Assembly (NCBI GenBank): GCA_020536535.1
Contig: JAHLWZ010000846.1
Span: 15,373 to 79,372, forward strand
Reading direction: 5' to 3'
DNA: 64,000 nucleotides
Source: Pelomyxa schiedti
Lineage: Eukaryota > Protista > Evosea
Shown here: positions 1 to 11,016 of the stretch, piece by piece
Position numbering within the stretch: position 1 is the stretch's first letter
Layout: each line of letters opens with the position of its first letter
Made by a program: the position numbers and the translations under genes
Notes under the pieces: generated by a model
The model's database searches: none
The model's input: the letters and a program-made list of their open reading frames with translations, nothing else
What the model was told of the DNA's origin: nothing

Positions 1-635
1 GACGATGACGCTGAACAGGTGGAAGCGTCGGGGGGAATCATGCCGCCGCCAATGGACTGGGCCATCATACTGGAGCTGGCGTCGAATGCGGAGGAGGACA
101 TGCCTGGATAGGGACCGCTGTTGGCAGGGGGAAGTGGCAGAGGCGGAGCCGTGGGCTGCACGACCCACGCGCCATCGACAACAGGGAAGTCGGGGGGAGG
201 AGGAGGGGGCGGAGGAGGGGGCTGGGACTGGAACGGGAGGGGAACGGCCCCGGTGGCAGGCGAGTACATCTGCTGGGGCTGGTACTGCGAGGGAGGCGCG
301 GCAGGATAAAACAACAGCTGCTGAGGTGGCGGCTGCGGCGGCTGCTGCTGGGGCCCCAGGGTCGCCGGCGAGCCAGACATTGGGTGGTACGGGTACTGCT
401 GCGTCGGGGAAGGCGGGGGAGCCGAAGGATACGGCGGGGCCACCACAGCGACCCGAAGGTGCGGGGGTATGTCGTCCATGGAGCCCACCTGCTGCGCGCC
501 GTAGCCTCCGCCCTGGAGCAGCGCGGGCGGAGGCGGGGGAGGCGGCTGCTGCGGGGGTGCCGTGGGCTCTTCGGGTTGTTGCTGCTGCAGTGGGGGCGAC
601 GGCAGCATCGTGGTTATGAAGGCTGCGGGGTCCAT
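1..635 (-). CDS. Pro/Gln-rich N-terminus of a gene running off the left edge of the window
   Basis: ATG at 635 opens a frame that stays open to the window edge (MDPAAFITTMLPSPPLQQQQPEEP...PPYPSAPPPSPTQQYPYHPM...). It is divergent from the gene at 743. No domain is visible. Confidence 0.65.
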   Translation of the reverse strand, partial: MDPAAFITTMLPSPPLQQQQPEEPTAPPQQPPPPPPPALLQGGGYGAQQVGSMDDIPPHLRVAVVAPPYPSAPPPSPTQQYPYHPMSGSPATLGPQQQPPQPPPQQLLFYPAAPPSQYQPQQMYSPATGAVPLPFQSQPPPPPPPPPPDFPVVDGAWVVQPTAPPLPLPPANSGPYPGMSSSAFDASSSMMAQSIGGGMIPPDASTCSASS

Positions 636-742
636 TTGGTCCTGGGGTCCTTTTGTCGGTTCGACGGGTGCTTGGTGTTAGTGCTAGTAGGGTTTTTCTT
701 ATTTCCGGTGGTTTCGTTTTTTCTTTGTTTCAACCAACGGTA

Positions 743-2807
743 ATGGCGACGATGAATTCACGAAGCAGGCGTAATTCGTATACGTGCACGTTTGGCAGTA
801 TCGTGTGCTTCCTACTTATGGGAGCATCCTCCGCCCTGAACTTAGTGGTTGATGACGACCTCGTCGTTGTGGGTGCTGAAACTAATACGACCAATACCTC
901 CGTGAGCGGCGGCGATACTACGCTTCTGTGCTTTGGTGGGCTGCTGCAGTTGCTGTATATTACATCTAATTACCCCTCTTTTTTTTTTTTAAAAAAAGAA
1001 GCCATTTCTGTTACTCACGGAATATAAGAGGGCGATCAGTGGAACGCCAATCCCTGTCCGGCAGGACCAAATAAAACTCTTCCTGCACAAGTTTACATAG
1101 GGGTGTACTTTACTGTCCTTACAAATGTAGACAGCTTCGCAAGCACCTTTACTGCCCAAGGGTTCTTTTCCTTTTCCCCTTTGCTAACCTTAATGGAAAT
1201 AAACCAGAATTGTTTGGTATAAGTGGAGGACATGCCAGTTCATGCGGAATATACCATACCGGTACATCCCTTCCCCCTTTTTGATTGGTTTTTATATATA
1301 TTTTTTCAAGGCCTTTTTTGACACTTTACATGGAAAACTCGATGGGTGACGTAGTTGACCCAATCCCTCAAAGGATTTGTCCCCAAGACATTTCTGATAC
1401 TCCCTGCCCAGTATGCAATGTACCTGGCGATGGTAGTGTCTTTTCTTTTGTGTTCCTTCGCCTCATTTTTAACCACTCAAGGGTGGTCTTACTACAGCTA
1501 TAAGTTTCTTGTTGAGGTGCTTCTAGCTGACTAATTGAAAGTTGGTATCGACTCCTAATTCTACAAATAGTTCGATATGAATATGTTTTACAAGTCATGG
1601 CCTCTGGATGTTCAATTCATCTCGATTTCTTTTGAGGACTTTGTCTTTCCATGTAAAATGGTTACACTTATTCCTGACCCTGACTCTGGTGTCTCCCCTG
1701 ATATCAACCCACTTGGGTTTCTGGTATGTCACCATTGCCCATTGTCATTTCATTGCCCCCCAAAAGGTTGGAGATATGGCTGCTTACAGCTCAACCAACA
1801 ACTACACCACTAATTTTGGGAAAGAACTAAATGTAACCCCTGCTTATTCGCGCTGTACAATTGGAGTGCACATTAGCCGTTCCCCAACTTTTTATGCTTT
1901 GAGGGTACGGATAATTGAAACTTATTTTATCCTGAAACTGAATACCAGATTCTCCCACCTGCGTTAATTGTACAAATAGTATCGATCATCGTTATATTTC
2001 TAGATCCGACTGAAATACAAGCAAGACTAGGAGCCGCTGTATCCGGTCTTCTTGCCCTTGTTTCACTCTGTATTGGCACAAGTGAGTTGTTCCTACTTCA
2101 ATTCATCAATTTCTATTGAATTAAAATAAAATAGGTGCCAAACTCCCGGACATTGGAGATGTAGGCCATTGCTATTTTCACGAAATTGACTAAACAATCC
2201 ATAGGTGTCAATAACTGACATAGTATACGACTGGTTCTTTTTTCTCACTTTTGTTGTTATCGCGGAATCAGTCTTTGTGAATAGGTAGCAGGTCTTGACT
2301 CTATTTCTTACTTAGCAGATAAATAGGAAGATACAAAAGTTCCAACAACTCAACCTGGATAAAGCCCTAGATGCCAATCATTCAGCGTTCGCCACTGCTC
2401 TTGGTGATGTAAGCAGTGCCTCTGCTGTTGATGTTCCCCTTCCAGAACGGGATACCCTGACCGAGAAAGACTTGATTGGGGAAATTTACTCCTCAACTGT
2501 TTCTTCAGGTCTCTCCACTTTCAGTGACGACAAAAACGTGGAGATGGATAACTTCTTCGAAAAGAAACTTAAGAAGAAACTGAAGAAGTCAGTAAACCAA
2601 TTCAAGTTAACAAACGAGGTATTTCTTCCACTCACTTAGTGCCCCTTCTGAGATTAGTGACAGTCAAAGCTGGAATTTCTACAGACCTTGGAAACTGCAA
2701 GGGTATATGACAGAATAACGGTAATGGGTGTTTCTCTTGCAACACCACTTGGGGTTCTTCTTATTTCTTTGTGTGCAGTGTATGCATACAAACAAAGAAA
2801 TGATTAG
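743..2807 (+). CDS. Pentameric ligand-gated ion channel (Cys-less/Pro-loop type), multi-exon
   Basis: N-terminal hydrophobic signal. Spliced sequence gives AQVYIGVYFTVLTNVDSFASTFTAQGIVWYKW, YMENS, Pro-loop KSWPLDVQFISISFED, M1 ILPPALIVQIVSIIVIFLDP, M2 QARLGAAVSGLLALVSLCIG followed by KLP, M3 SITDIVYDWFFFLTFVVIAESVFV and M4 ITVMGVSLATPLGVLLISLCAVY. Stop TAG at 2805-2807. Confidence 0.85.
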
Positions 2808-2880
2808 AAAAGAAAATTTCTGTTTTTATTTTTCCCTTTGTACAATGGATGTATAAACACCACGGTAAATCTGCCGAACC

Positions 2881-4809
2881 TCAACTGTCGGATTCCATCT
2901 CCTCCAGCACCAAGTCCAGAAGTTCCTCGACTTGTTGTGGAGGTAGTTTGGACTCGCGTAAAGGTGACGATTCTGTCCTTCTTGCATCATGAGACATAGG
3001 GGCAGAATGGTGTATTTCTTGAGTCTGTCTTGGTTGTGGCCGAAGGCTAAAGCTCAGTTAGTACGAAAATAATACTGTAAAACGGTGTAAAGTTATGGAG
3101 TTTTCTGTTTTCCGGTTGTATTAAAATGTAAATGAGTTTACCTTGCTACTAGAACGGGTAACCCTTGTGAGCCACGGACAGTGTTTACATGCCGCATTAC
3201 AATCTTTAACAGGTCACGGATAGAATCGGTACTTGTACCCCATGACATGAGTGCAGTCTGGAGGCTTGGAAGTTTGTTTTTTGGTAAAGATGTGGGAACA
3301 GGGGGAATCTTACGAGTCAACTAGCTGTGGGGATGGAGGCGGTGTGCTTCTTTGTACTATGCTGAGTGCCCCTGGAGAGTCCATGCTGATGTGCTTCGGA
3401 AGGTGGTACTTGGTATCTTCAACGAATTCCATGAAATCGGGAAAGCTACTACTACGAAGGAGCTGGCTGGAATCTGCGCAGAGGTATGGTGGGGGAGTGG
3501 TGATTGTAGGTGATTTGATTGCTGGTGAAGACAGGGAGGCGGCGAAGGGAAGTAGATAAGGAGGTGGCGAGGAAGGGAGGGGAGGAGAAGGCGTTGCCGG
3601 GCCGTGTGTTTGAGAGCAATTCTGTGCGGAAGGTGATAGGAGCATGCGGGGAGAAGTGACATGCTGTGTAGGCAGGGTGCTTGTGTTCCCTGATACAATA
3701 GGTAAGCGAATAGCTGAAGTAGTCACACCAGTTGAGGATGTTGCAGAGGATGGCAAAGGAGGGGGAGTATAGCTAGGTATAACACCCACAGACAGAGAAA
3801 ATGGTTGTTGGCTGGCACGGGATAGAGAAGCAGATGATTGACGAGGTGGGGATGCTGAGTGATATGCATGGTGCTTAGAAGACGCGTGGTGATGACCACT
3901 GGTGTGTGCCTTGCGGCCATGCCGGACGTCAAGGGGGGTCTGTGGTAGAGATGGAGAAGAGGTTTGTGCAACGGAGCCTTCCTGAGAAATAATGTGAGCA
4001 GCAGTAACGCTCCCGCTTGCACTTCCAGTAGCAAGTATGGAAGTAGCGATAGGACTGACAGTAGCTGGTGGTGCCGCGTGCGTGGTGGCAGTTGCAGTTG
4101 CAGCAACGGTCCTAGGGGAGCGTGGTGAAGAAGGAGGGTTTATCTGTACAACAAACTGGGCATGTGACTGAGACCTAGAGTGATGCCGCGGAGAGTGAGC
4201 TGGGCTGCTTGTGTCCCCCAGTAAGATACTGTGAATGCTGCTGCTGTTGATGTTGCTGATGTTGATGTTGCTGTTGCTGTTGCCCTTTGAGTCCCTCTCC
4301 CTCTCCCTCTCCCGTTCCCTCTCCATGTCAGGCGGCTCCGGCAGCGGCTCGCTGGCAGGAGGCGTGGGCGGGGTGCAACACAGGGAGGGAGAGGGATGGG
4401 GCGAGGCGGAGGGGGCGGAGGCAGGCGTGGTAGTAGGCGACAGGCTGCCGTCTGTCGCGTGCCCCCCGCCGTGGGTGCGCGTGGTGTGCGAGTGGGCGCC
4501 GATGAGAGAGTGGTGGCGCCCCCCTGCCTCTCCGTCGCTTTCTCCCAATTTGCTGCTGCTGCCGCTGCCGCCGCCGTGGCCCCCTGGTTGCTGTTGCTGT
4601 TGCTGCTGCTGGTGGGAGTGGCCGTGATGGGGGTGAAGCGGCAGCGAGGCGGAAACGACTCGGTCGGTGAGCGAGGACGAGGCCACGGACTGCGCCCTGC
4701 GGTGGTGGTGGGGCGTCCCAGGGGTGCGGGACTGCCGCGGCGTGGTGGGGGACGAAGGAGAGGCCACAGCAACTGCCGCGGCGGGCGTGTCGGGTGTTTC
4801 GTCGCACAT
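2881..4809 (-). CDS. Hypothetical Ser/Pro/His-rich protein with a short helical C-terminus
   Basis: A first exon of about 500 codons is followed by two GT-AG introns leading to SLQTALMSWG...LPVLVAR and ...QVEELLDLVLEEMESDS-TGA(2881). No family recognised. Confidence 0.65.
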
Positions 4810-5010
4810 CACTCGTCACACGGGGCGAACCGGCGGTTGTTGACAAACAACCGATTGGCTTTTGTTTATCGTTTTTTTTTTTCCTTTTGGTTGCTGGTGT
4901 TTAGGAGAAAAGATGTGCGGTTCTGTTCCATTTGATGGGACAGGCAAAAACATTGAGGTTGGAGGGAACCCTTAACGTGGATTCGTAAATAGTGACTGTT
5001 GTGGGAATGC

Positions 5011-6086
5011 TTAGTGGAATCCATTTAGGAATTCTTCCAGAGCCTGCTGGAACCTAGAAAGAAATTACTTGAGTTCTGAAAGGTGAGGTGTTTAAATGTA
5101 CATTGCGGGTGCATGAACTTCAGGACAGTGTGTCTTCCATGTAGGCTCAGTTGGTTGAATTGCAGGAAATGTAACAAGTCTTGCATTCTAAAAGTCGTGA
5201 CTAGTAGTAAAATAACTGGACGGGTGTACCTTAAACAATTCAAGTACTTTGTTGCTATTGCTGAAAGGAACAAAGGCGTCATCTACGGCCCATATTAGAA
5301 GTACTGGTTTCGCCGAGAGAGAGGTGGGTACTTCACTGTAGAATATAAGTTCCAATCACCGCATGTTAGACAGCAACATACTGCGCAGTCAACTTTGAGC
5401 CGATTGCTGGTGCAATAAGTACAATTCCTAGAATCGGATGTGAATGGGTCTGGGCAGAAATAACTGCTGCTGCTTTTGAAACAACATAACCCCCATAGCT
5501 TCTCCCAAGTAACACAACTGGCTTCTCATGCAATACTTGAGCAAGCAGAGCGCACAGTGCTGGAACGTCATCATCTGTTGGTGCACTTTCAGAAGCAGTA
5601 CCACCTGGTGTGGAATCTCCATGCCCAAGCAAGTCAACGGCATAGTGTTCAATACCTTGAAATAACACAGAAACAGGTGAGGATATGTCCATGCGTTGTC
5701 TTTGATGTCAAGTCTTGGGTGATTTGTGCTTTCATTTCATTCCACTGTCTTATCCCATTAATTAGCAAATAACACAGTGCCTCCAAACAAAATATTCATT
5801 GCAGGGCTCGGCATTATCCTTTGTCACATTGCCCCTCACCCATAATTAACTGGCACACACAAGAGACATAAAAACACGAAACTTCCGACCTCGCACCTCG
5901 CGAAACCAGCCACTCAAAGTGGGGAGCCCAGCACTCCGCGTTCTGAGTGCGCCTGTCCATGCCGTGCACCAAAACCAGCGCGAAAGGCGACGTGCCGCGG
6001 TGCCGCAGTGCGTGAATTTCCCTTCCGGGCTTAAGAACTACTCGCACGTGCTCGTGACGGTGTGGTGTGCTCGCCTCGCTTGTCAT
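5011..6086 (-). CDS. Alpha/beta-fold hydrolase
   Basis: Motifs LVLVHG, YAVDLLGHGDS, nucleophile elbow LLGRSYGG, LGIVLIAPA, PVLLIWAVDDAFVP and catalytic His in HCPEVHAPAMFQQALEEFL. Canonical introns restore the frame. Confidence 0.85.
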
Positions 6087-6154
6087 TCTCACACACACTC
6101 AAAAAAAACACTCAAAAAAAAAAACGAAAAAGTTAATTTTAGACATGTGAAATT

Positions 6155-7571
6155 TCAGTGGAGGGACTCGTTCATTCTTTGGAGTACAACTTCGCGGATG
6201 TAACCGTTGTCTTCATCTCTGTGGTAGGGGTTGAGACCGGTGGGAGAGTCGTTCATTTCAAGGATGGTGTGCTTCCCGTCAGGGTGTTTCACTGTTGCAA
6301 GCATTGTGTTGTTAGATAGGGGTTGGACATTGATTTAGGTTTGTGATACGCATACAGGCATCAATGCTCAGAATGTCCAAGCCTCCCCAGACTTTACTAG
6401 CCTCCTCAACCCAGAACCGGTATTCATCAGTTACCTCAACATCTGTTGTGAAGTAAGGCAAGCGGTAATGTACAAAATAATATTACCATTAACTTCCGCT
6501 TCTCCAACATTTCCTTTCCAATGACTGGAAACCCTGTGATATGCGCGGATATGGTTCCCAATCTTCTGCACACGGATATCACCAATATTGGTGACAAATG
6601 GTTCAAGGGTTATGTAATCATTGTAAAGGGCCACAGTGCCTGAGAAGTCATTGAAGTCTCCTCCGGGCCCACCAAATTTCATTTTTCCGTACCCTCCCAG
6701 TGAAGTTCCCACCTGAAACATTAATGATTCGCAAATGGTACAACTAAAGTACCTTGGCAACAACTCCACCAGTGAAATCATGCACAATATGTTCAGTTGT
6801 ATTTGGAAAGTAAGTCATTGGGACCAGCGGAAATTTATCTTTGCCGACTCTTTTTTGAATGGCCATAAGCTCGGCAATATCTAGAAGGTGTTAAAACAAA
6901 TTAAAGTTGAGGTGGGTTTAGTACTTGCTGCGCGCTGTGTGCTAAAGAAAATAGACTGCAGTGAGTTTACAGAGGGAATCCCAGCTACCATAAAACCCAT
7001 CAAGGTATTCATGAAGGTCTAGGAGTGAAAAAAAGGTCGGATATCTGTAGCTAGCTATTTGGGGTAGTACCTGACCATGAAGGCCATTAAGGAATTGCCT
7101 TATCAGCAGGAAGTCAGGAACACAATCTCTCAAGTTCTTTTGCGTAGTACCAAAGATAGGTTCCCTGTAAATTAGTGCAATCATTAGAAAAAATGCTCCC
7201 TAACGAAATTGATACTTCGAAGGAGCAAGTTGGCAATGACAGACTCTGTTAGCGTCCACCCACAACGTTATCAAAGCCCATTCCGATTGTTCTACCTAAA
7301 TATCAGGAAAAGAAATAAGAAAATGAAACAGTAGTCCAAGTAAACGTGGGAATAGATTAATCTTGAAAGAGCAAACCTTGACCGGTTTGCCATTGACAAC
7401 TGCGCCCTTGAAAATCTGGTACCAGTTGCTCCTGGGGTCGGCATCCAAAACCAGCAGCGTGTATTCAGTCTTCTCAGCCACAATGGGACCCTTGGCTCTT
7501 ACTGTCTTGATTGGCCCAGTCGGTGGTGGAGGAGGCGGCAACGACGCACCGTTGGTAGTGGACGAAGCCAT
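6155..7571 (-). CDS. SYN: Synapsin-like protein (pre-ATP-grasp plus ATP-grasp C domain)
   Basis: Segments LLVLDADPRSNWYQIFKG, KVEQSEW, PDFLLIRQ, AGIPSVNSLQS, KDKFPLVPMTYFPN, DIRVQKIGNHIRAYHRVSSHWKGNVG and WGGLDI are collinear with the synapsin C domain as I recall it. Confidence 0.85.
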
Positions 7572-7712
7572 TTTACTCTTTGACTTTGTTGGTTGAATTG
7601 TTGTTGTATTTTTTTAAAAAGAGAAAAAGAAAAACGTCTGCTTCCTTTTTAGGAGCTGCTTGAAAGACGAAAAGAGCGTGAGTGTTGTTGGTGGGCGTGC
7701 AACGAACAATGA

Positions 7713-8631
7713 ATGCATTTGGCGCATTTCTCGTATCCGAAACGCAACCAACACTTTGTTGTTCGTTGACACTTCTCATTTCATGGGTTTGCGAAATAGT
7801 TCGACCTAGACGGCACTTTGTTGGACACGCACTCTATCATTCAAGCGGGGCTTGTCAACTTCGCACTGAAGAACGGCGTATCACCAGAGCAGGCGCCATT
7901 TTTCGGCACTGATGAGTTCTACTTGACAACACTGGGTGTGCCACTGCGGTCCGTCTTGGCCAAGGTGCTCAAAATTGACCCGTCTGATTCGTCGCTTGAG
8001 AATCACTGCTCTCAATACAGAGCCTGGCAGTCTGCTGCGTATTCCAGTGCCGATCCGTCAGCATTGGTGTTTCCGACCGTGAGAGAAGGGCTTCTAGCTT
8101 TAAAGGCTTCTGGAAAACGGCTTGCAGTTGTGTCTACCAGAGCTATTAATTCTGTGGAGCACTTGCTGAAAATTACTGGACTGAGGGACTTGTTTGAAGT
8201 TGTATGTGGACGTACACTCGTTATTACTGTTCCGCTTACAGGTTTTCTTCCGTACACTGTGCAGGTGGTGGGACTTGAATCAACAGCCAGAACGAAGCCT
8301 CAACCAGACCCTCTCCTTTATGCCATGAAATTATTGAATGTATCTCCGTCCCAGTGTATAATGATTGGAGGTGATTAACATGCTCAGCGTGACCAATTTC
8401 ACTTATCCCCCTTCCATATTCAGATACAGAACATGATCTTTTTGCAGCACAGGTTTTTCACTCTATAGTGATCTTTCCACTTACACCTATTACGAATATA
8501 TTGATACACAGGCCGCCAGCACTGCTGCAGCTCTGGTGAATTGGTCTAAGGAAAGAGATAAAGTAATTGCAACCGTCAGCCCACATATATCACATCTTCA
8601 TGTCATCACCTCCTTCACGCAACTCCTGTAA
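7713..8631 (+). CDS. HAD-superfamily hydrolase, subfamily IA (phosphoglycolate-phosphatase-like)
   Basis: Motif I FDLDGTLLDT, motif II LAVVST, motif III TKPQPDP and motif IV MIGD (after splicing). The start codon is approximate. Confidence 0.85.
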
Positions 8632-8839
8632 CCTTTGGCTGTGTTGGTCACCAAAGATTGTCCTAGTGAAACTCTGTGAGACACGAACAACTTTTTGGAG
8701 CCATAAGAAGCAGAAACTACACCCACTGCCTGCATATTTTTTTTTTTTAGCTTGATGGCTGAATGCCCAAAGAGATAAGTTTTTCTTGAGAGGAAACATC
8801 GGTTTTTCTTAGGTTTTTTTAAAAAAACGCTACGAGAAA

Positions 8840-10941
8840 ATGGGTAACGCGGCAATGGGCGCTAGTGATGCCAACGCCTTCCGAGTTGCACTCAACGGCG
8901 CGTCGCACAGCGGCGTGCGTGGGGGCCTCCCCAAGGGGGACTGCATCACCTACGGTGGCGTGTTCAACGAGGCCGTGTTCCCCATGAAGGACGACGAGGC
9001 CAACACCACCAGCACCACCGGCGACCTCGGCATCCTGCGGCCCCTCGTCGAGTGCGCGGTGGAGCCCGCCCCCGACTCCTCCTCCTCCTCCTCCTCCGCC
9101 GCCGCCGCGACGACGACGACGACGCCGGACCGCAGCGGGGGCTGGGTGGCCGTGGCCCTGTCTGCCGACGCGTGCGACGGCGACGCGGTGGCGTGCCGCG
9201 CGGGGCGGTCCATTCATTTGTCTGTGTGCTTGGACATCTCCGGATCCATGACTGATACTTTCACAACTCCCAAGGTTTGGTTGGTTGTGTGTTAGTGCAT
9301 TGGGTTAAGTGGGCTGATGCGGGCATGTAATGTCGCGCTTTGGGTCTCCCTTACCTGGCTTCTTCTCTGCTTTTTTTTTTTGGTTACTTTTTTCAAAATG
9401 ACAGACAGAAGAAGAATTGTTGGCAGCTCAATCCAAGATGGATGCGGCCAAGCAAGTGGTCATGTCACTTGTGGCTTCAATGTCACCTGTGTGGCTTCCG
9501 TTTTTTTTTTTTTTTTTTTTTTTTTGGTTGGTTTTGTTTTTCCTTTTTTTGCTTTCTTCAACGGATACTCACCCTCAGAAAGGGAGACCATTTTTCGTTG
9601 GTTACATTCAACGAATCTGCACGCGTTGTACAACCTCTCACTCCAGTTTCTGCCTTGGATAAGTTGGCATTTCATCAGGCAGTATCGTCTCTTTCTCCAG
9701 GAGGAGGTACATCACTCTGTGCAGGATACACACAGGTAACATCACACATTTTGGGAATTATATGACTCGATCATAGGCAACAAGCGTGTTTTCACCTGTA
9801 AAGGGACCCCTCATAGAGCACAGGATTGTTTTTGTGACAGATATGTGCGACAGTAACCCTGACCAAGAGGGCACCTTGTTTGGGCTGGTTGGCATGAATG
9901 CAGAAAGGGGAATATACACCTCCATTGTGGGTCTTGGTGTTGACTTCAACGTTGCTGTGACTGAAAAGGTGACGCGCGTCAGGGGGGCAAACTATTTTTG
10001 TGTATTCAGTCCAGAGTCTTTCCACAAAATGATGGTTTCCGAGTTCTCCTTTAATTTCTTCCCGATTGCTTTTGATGTTCAGCTCAGAATGTCTGTTGAC
10101 ACCTCTTTGTACGAAATTGGGGAGGTTTTGTTACTCTTAAGAATGCCATGACCTCTAACCGCTTTTTCTTCTCAGATTTTTGGGAACTCTCTCTCAGAGA
10201 GAAGAGATGGCCAAGTTATACAACAAGAGAGGTGGATGTATTCTACGCATTGTCTATTTCCGGAACAATTAAAACAGAGCGTTTTTACTTTACTGTGTGC
10301 GGCGCAGCACTACAATGCTACACAGCTTCCCGAGGCAGCCCTCTCCCAAATTGTTAGTTACATCTGCCCCACAGTAACATGTACAATTTCACAGGTGCTA
10401 ATCCTCTCTTTTTAAAAACGAACAAGACTTATAACAGTCCAAGGTGAACACTGTATTTGCATCTCCCACAAGATGGCATGTATCCCACACCACCGCTGTA
10501 CGTGGTAGTGTTCTACTGGTGAAAATCAAATCCACTCCAAGGCCTGCCACATCTATTACGGGCCCATCTACGCTCAAGGTTTCAGTACATTACACAGGAC
10601 CAGCAGATACCCCTTACGGTGTAAGCACACTTGTTACTGTGCCACCAGGAGCACCCCAGAACATCATTTTCTCTGGAGAAGGTGTTAGGAAAGCTTTGTG
10701 GCTCTACCGTTATGTTAACAACATCAAAACGTGCCTTGGCGCTGCGGAAACTTCCACCCCCCCTGGTTCTGTTCCCCCAGAGTCACTTGCAAAGCTTAAG
10801 GCATTTATACCACAATTCTCACAAGAGGTTACTGAACACTGGCCCACTGACAATGTGATGCTTGATGCCAAGAGCAATCTTCAGTTACTGTGCAATTTGT
10901 GTGATAAAAAGCAAAAACAAGAGCAGTGTTCATTACAATAG
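8840..10941 (+). CDS. von Willebrand factor A domain protein
   Basis: MIDAS motif LSVCLDISGS, then FSLVTFN, SPGGGTSL, RIVFVTDM and TSIVGLGVDFN. Multi-exon; stop at 10941. Confidence 0.8.
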
Positions 10942-11016
10942 AAGGAAAAACCTGTACAAAATCTTTTTTTCTCCAGAATTTTTGTATGTGTTGGGATGCA
11001 ACGGTTTTTGTCTGGT

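Noticed and set aside
424-432. GTATCCTTC on the minus strand, resembling a U12 5' splice site
   Set aside because: It lies in a continuous Pro-rich frame (PPYPS) with no downstream TCCTTAAC branch site and no need for an intron.
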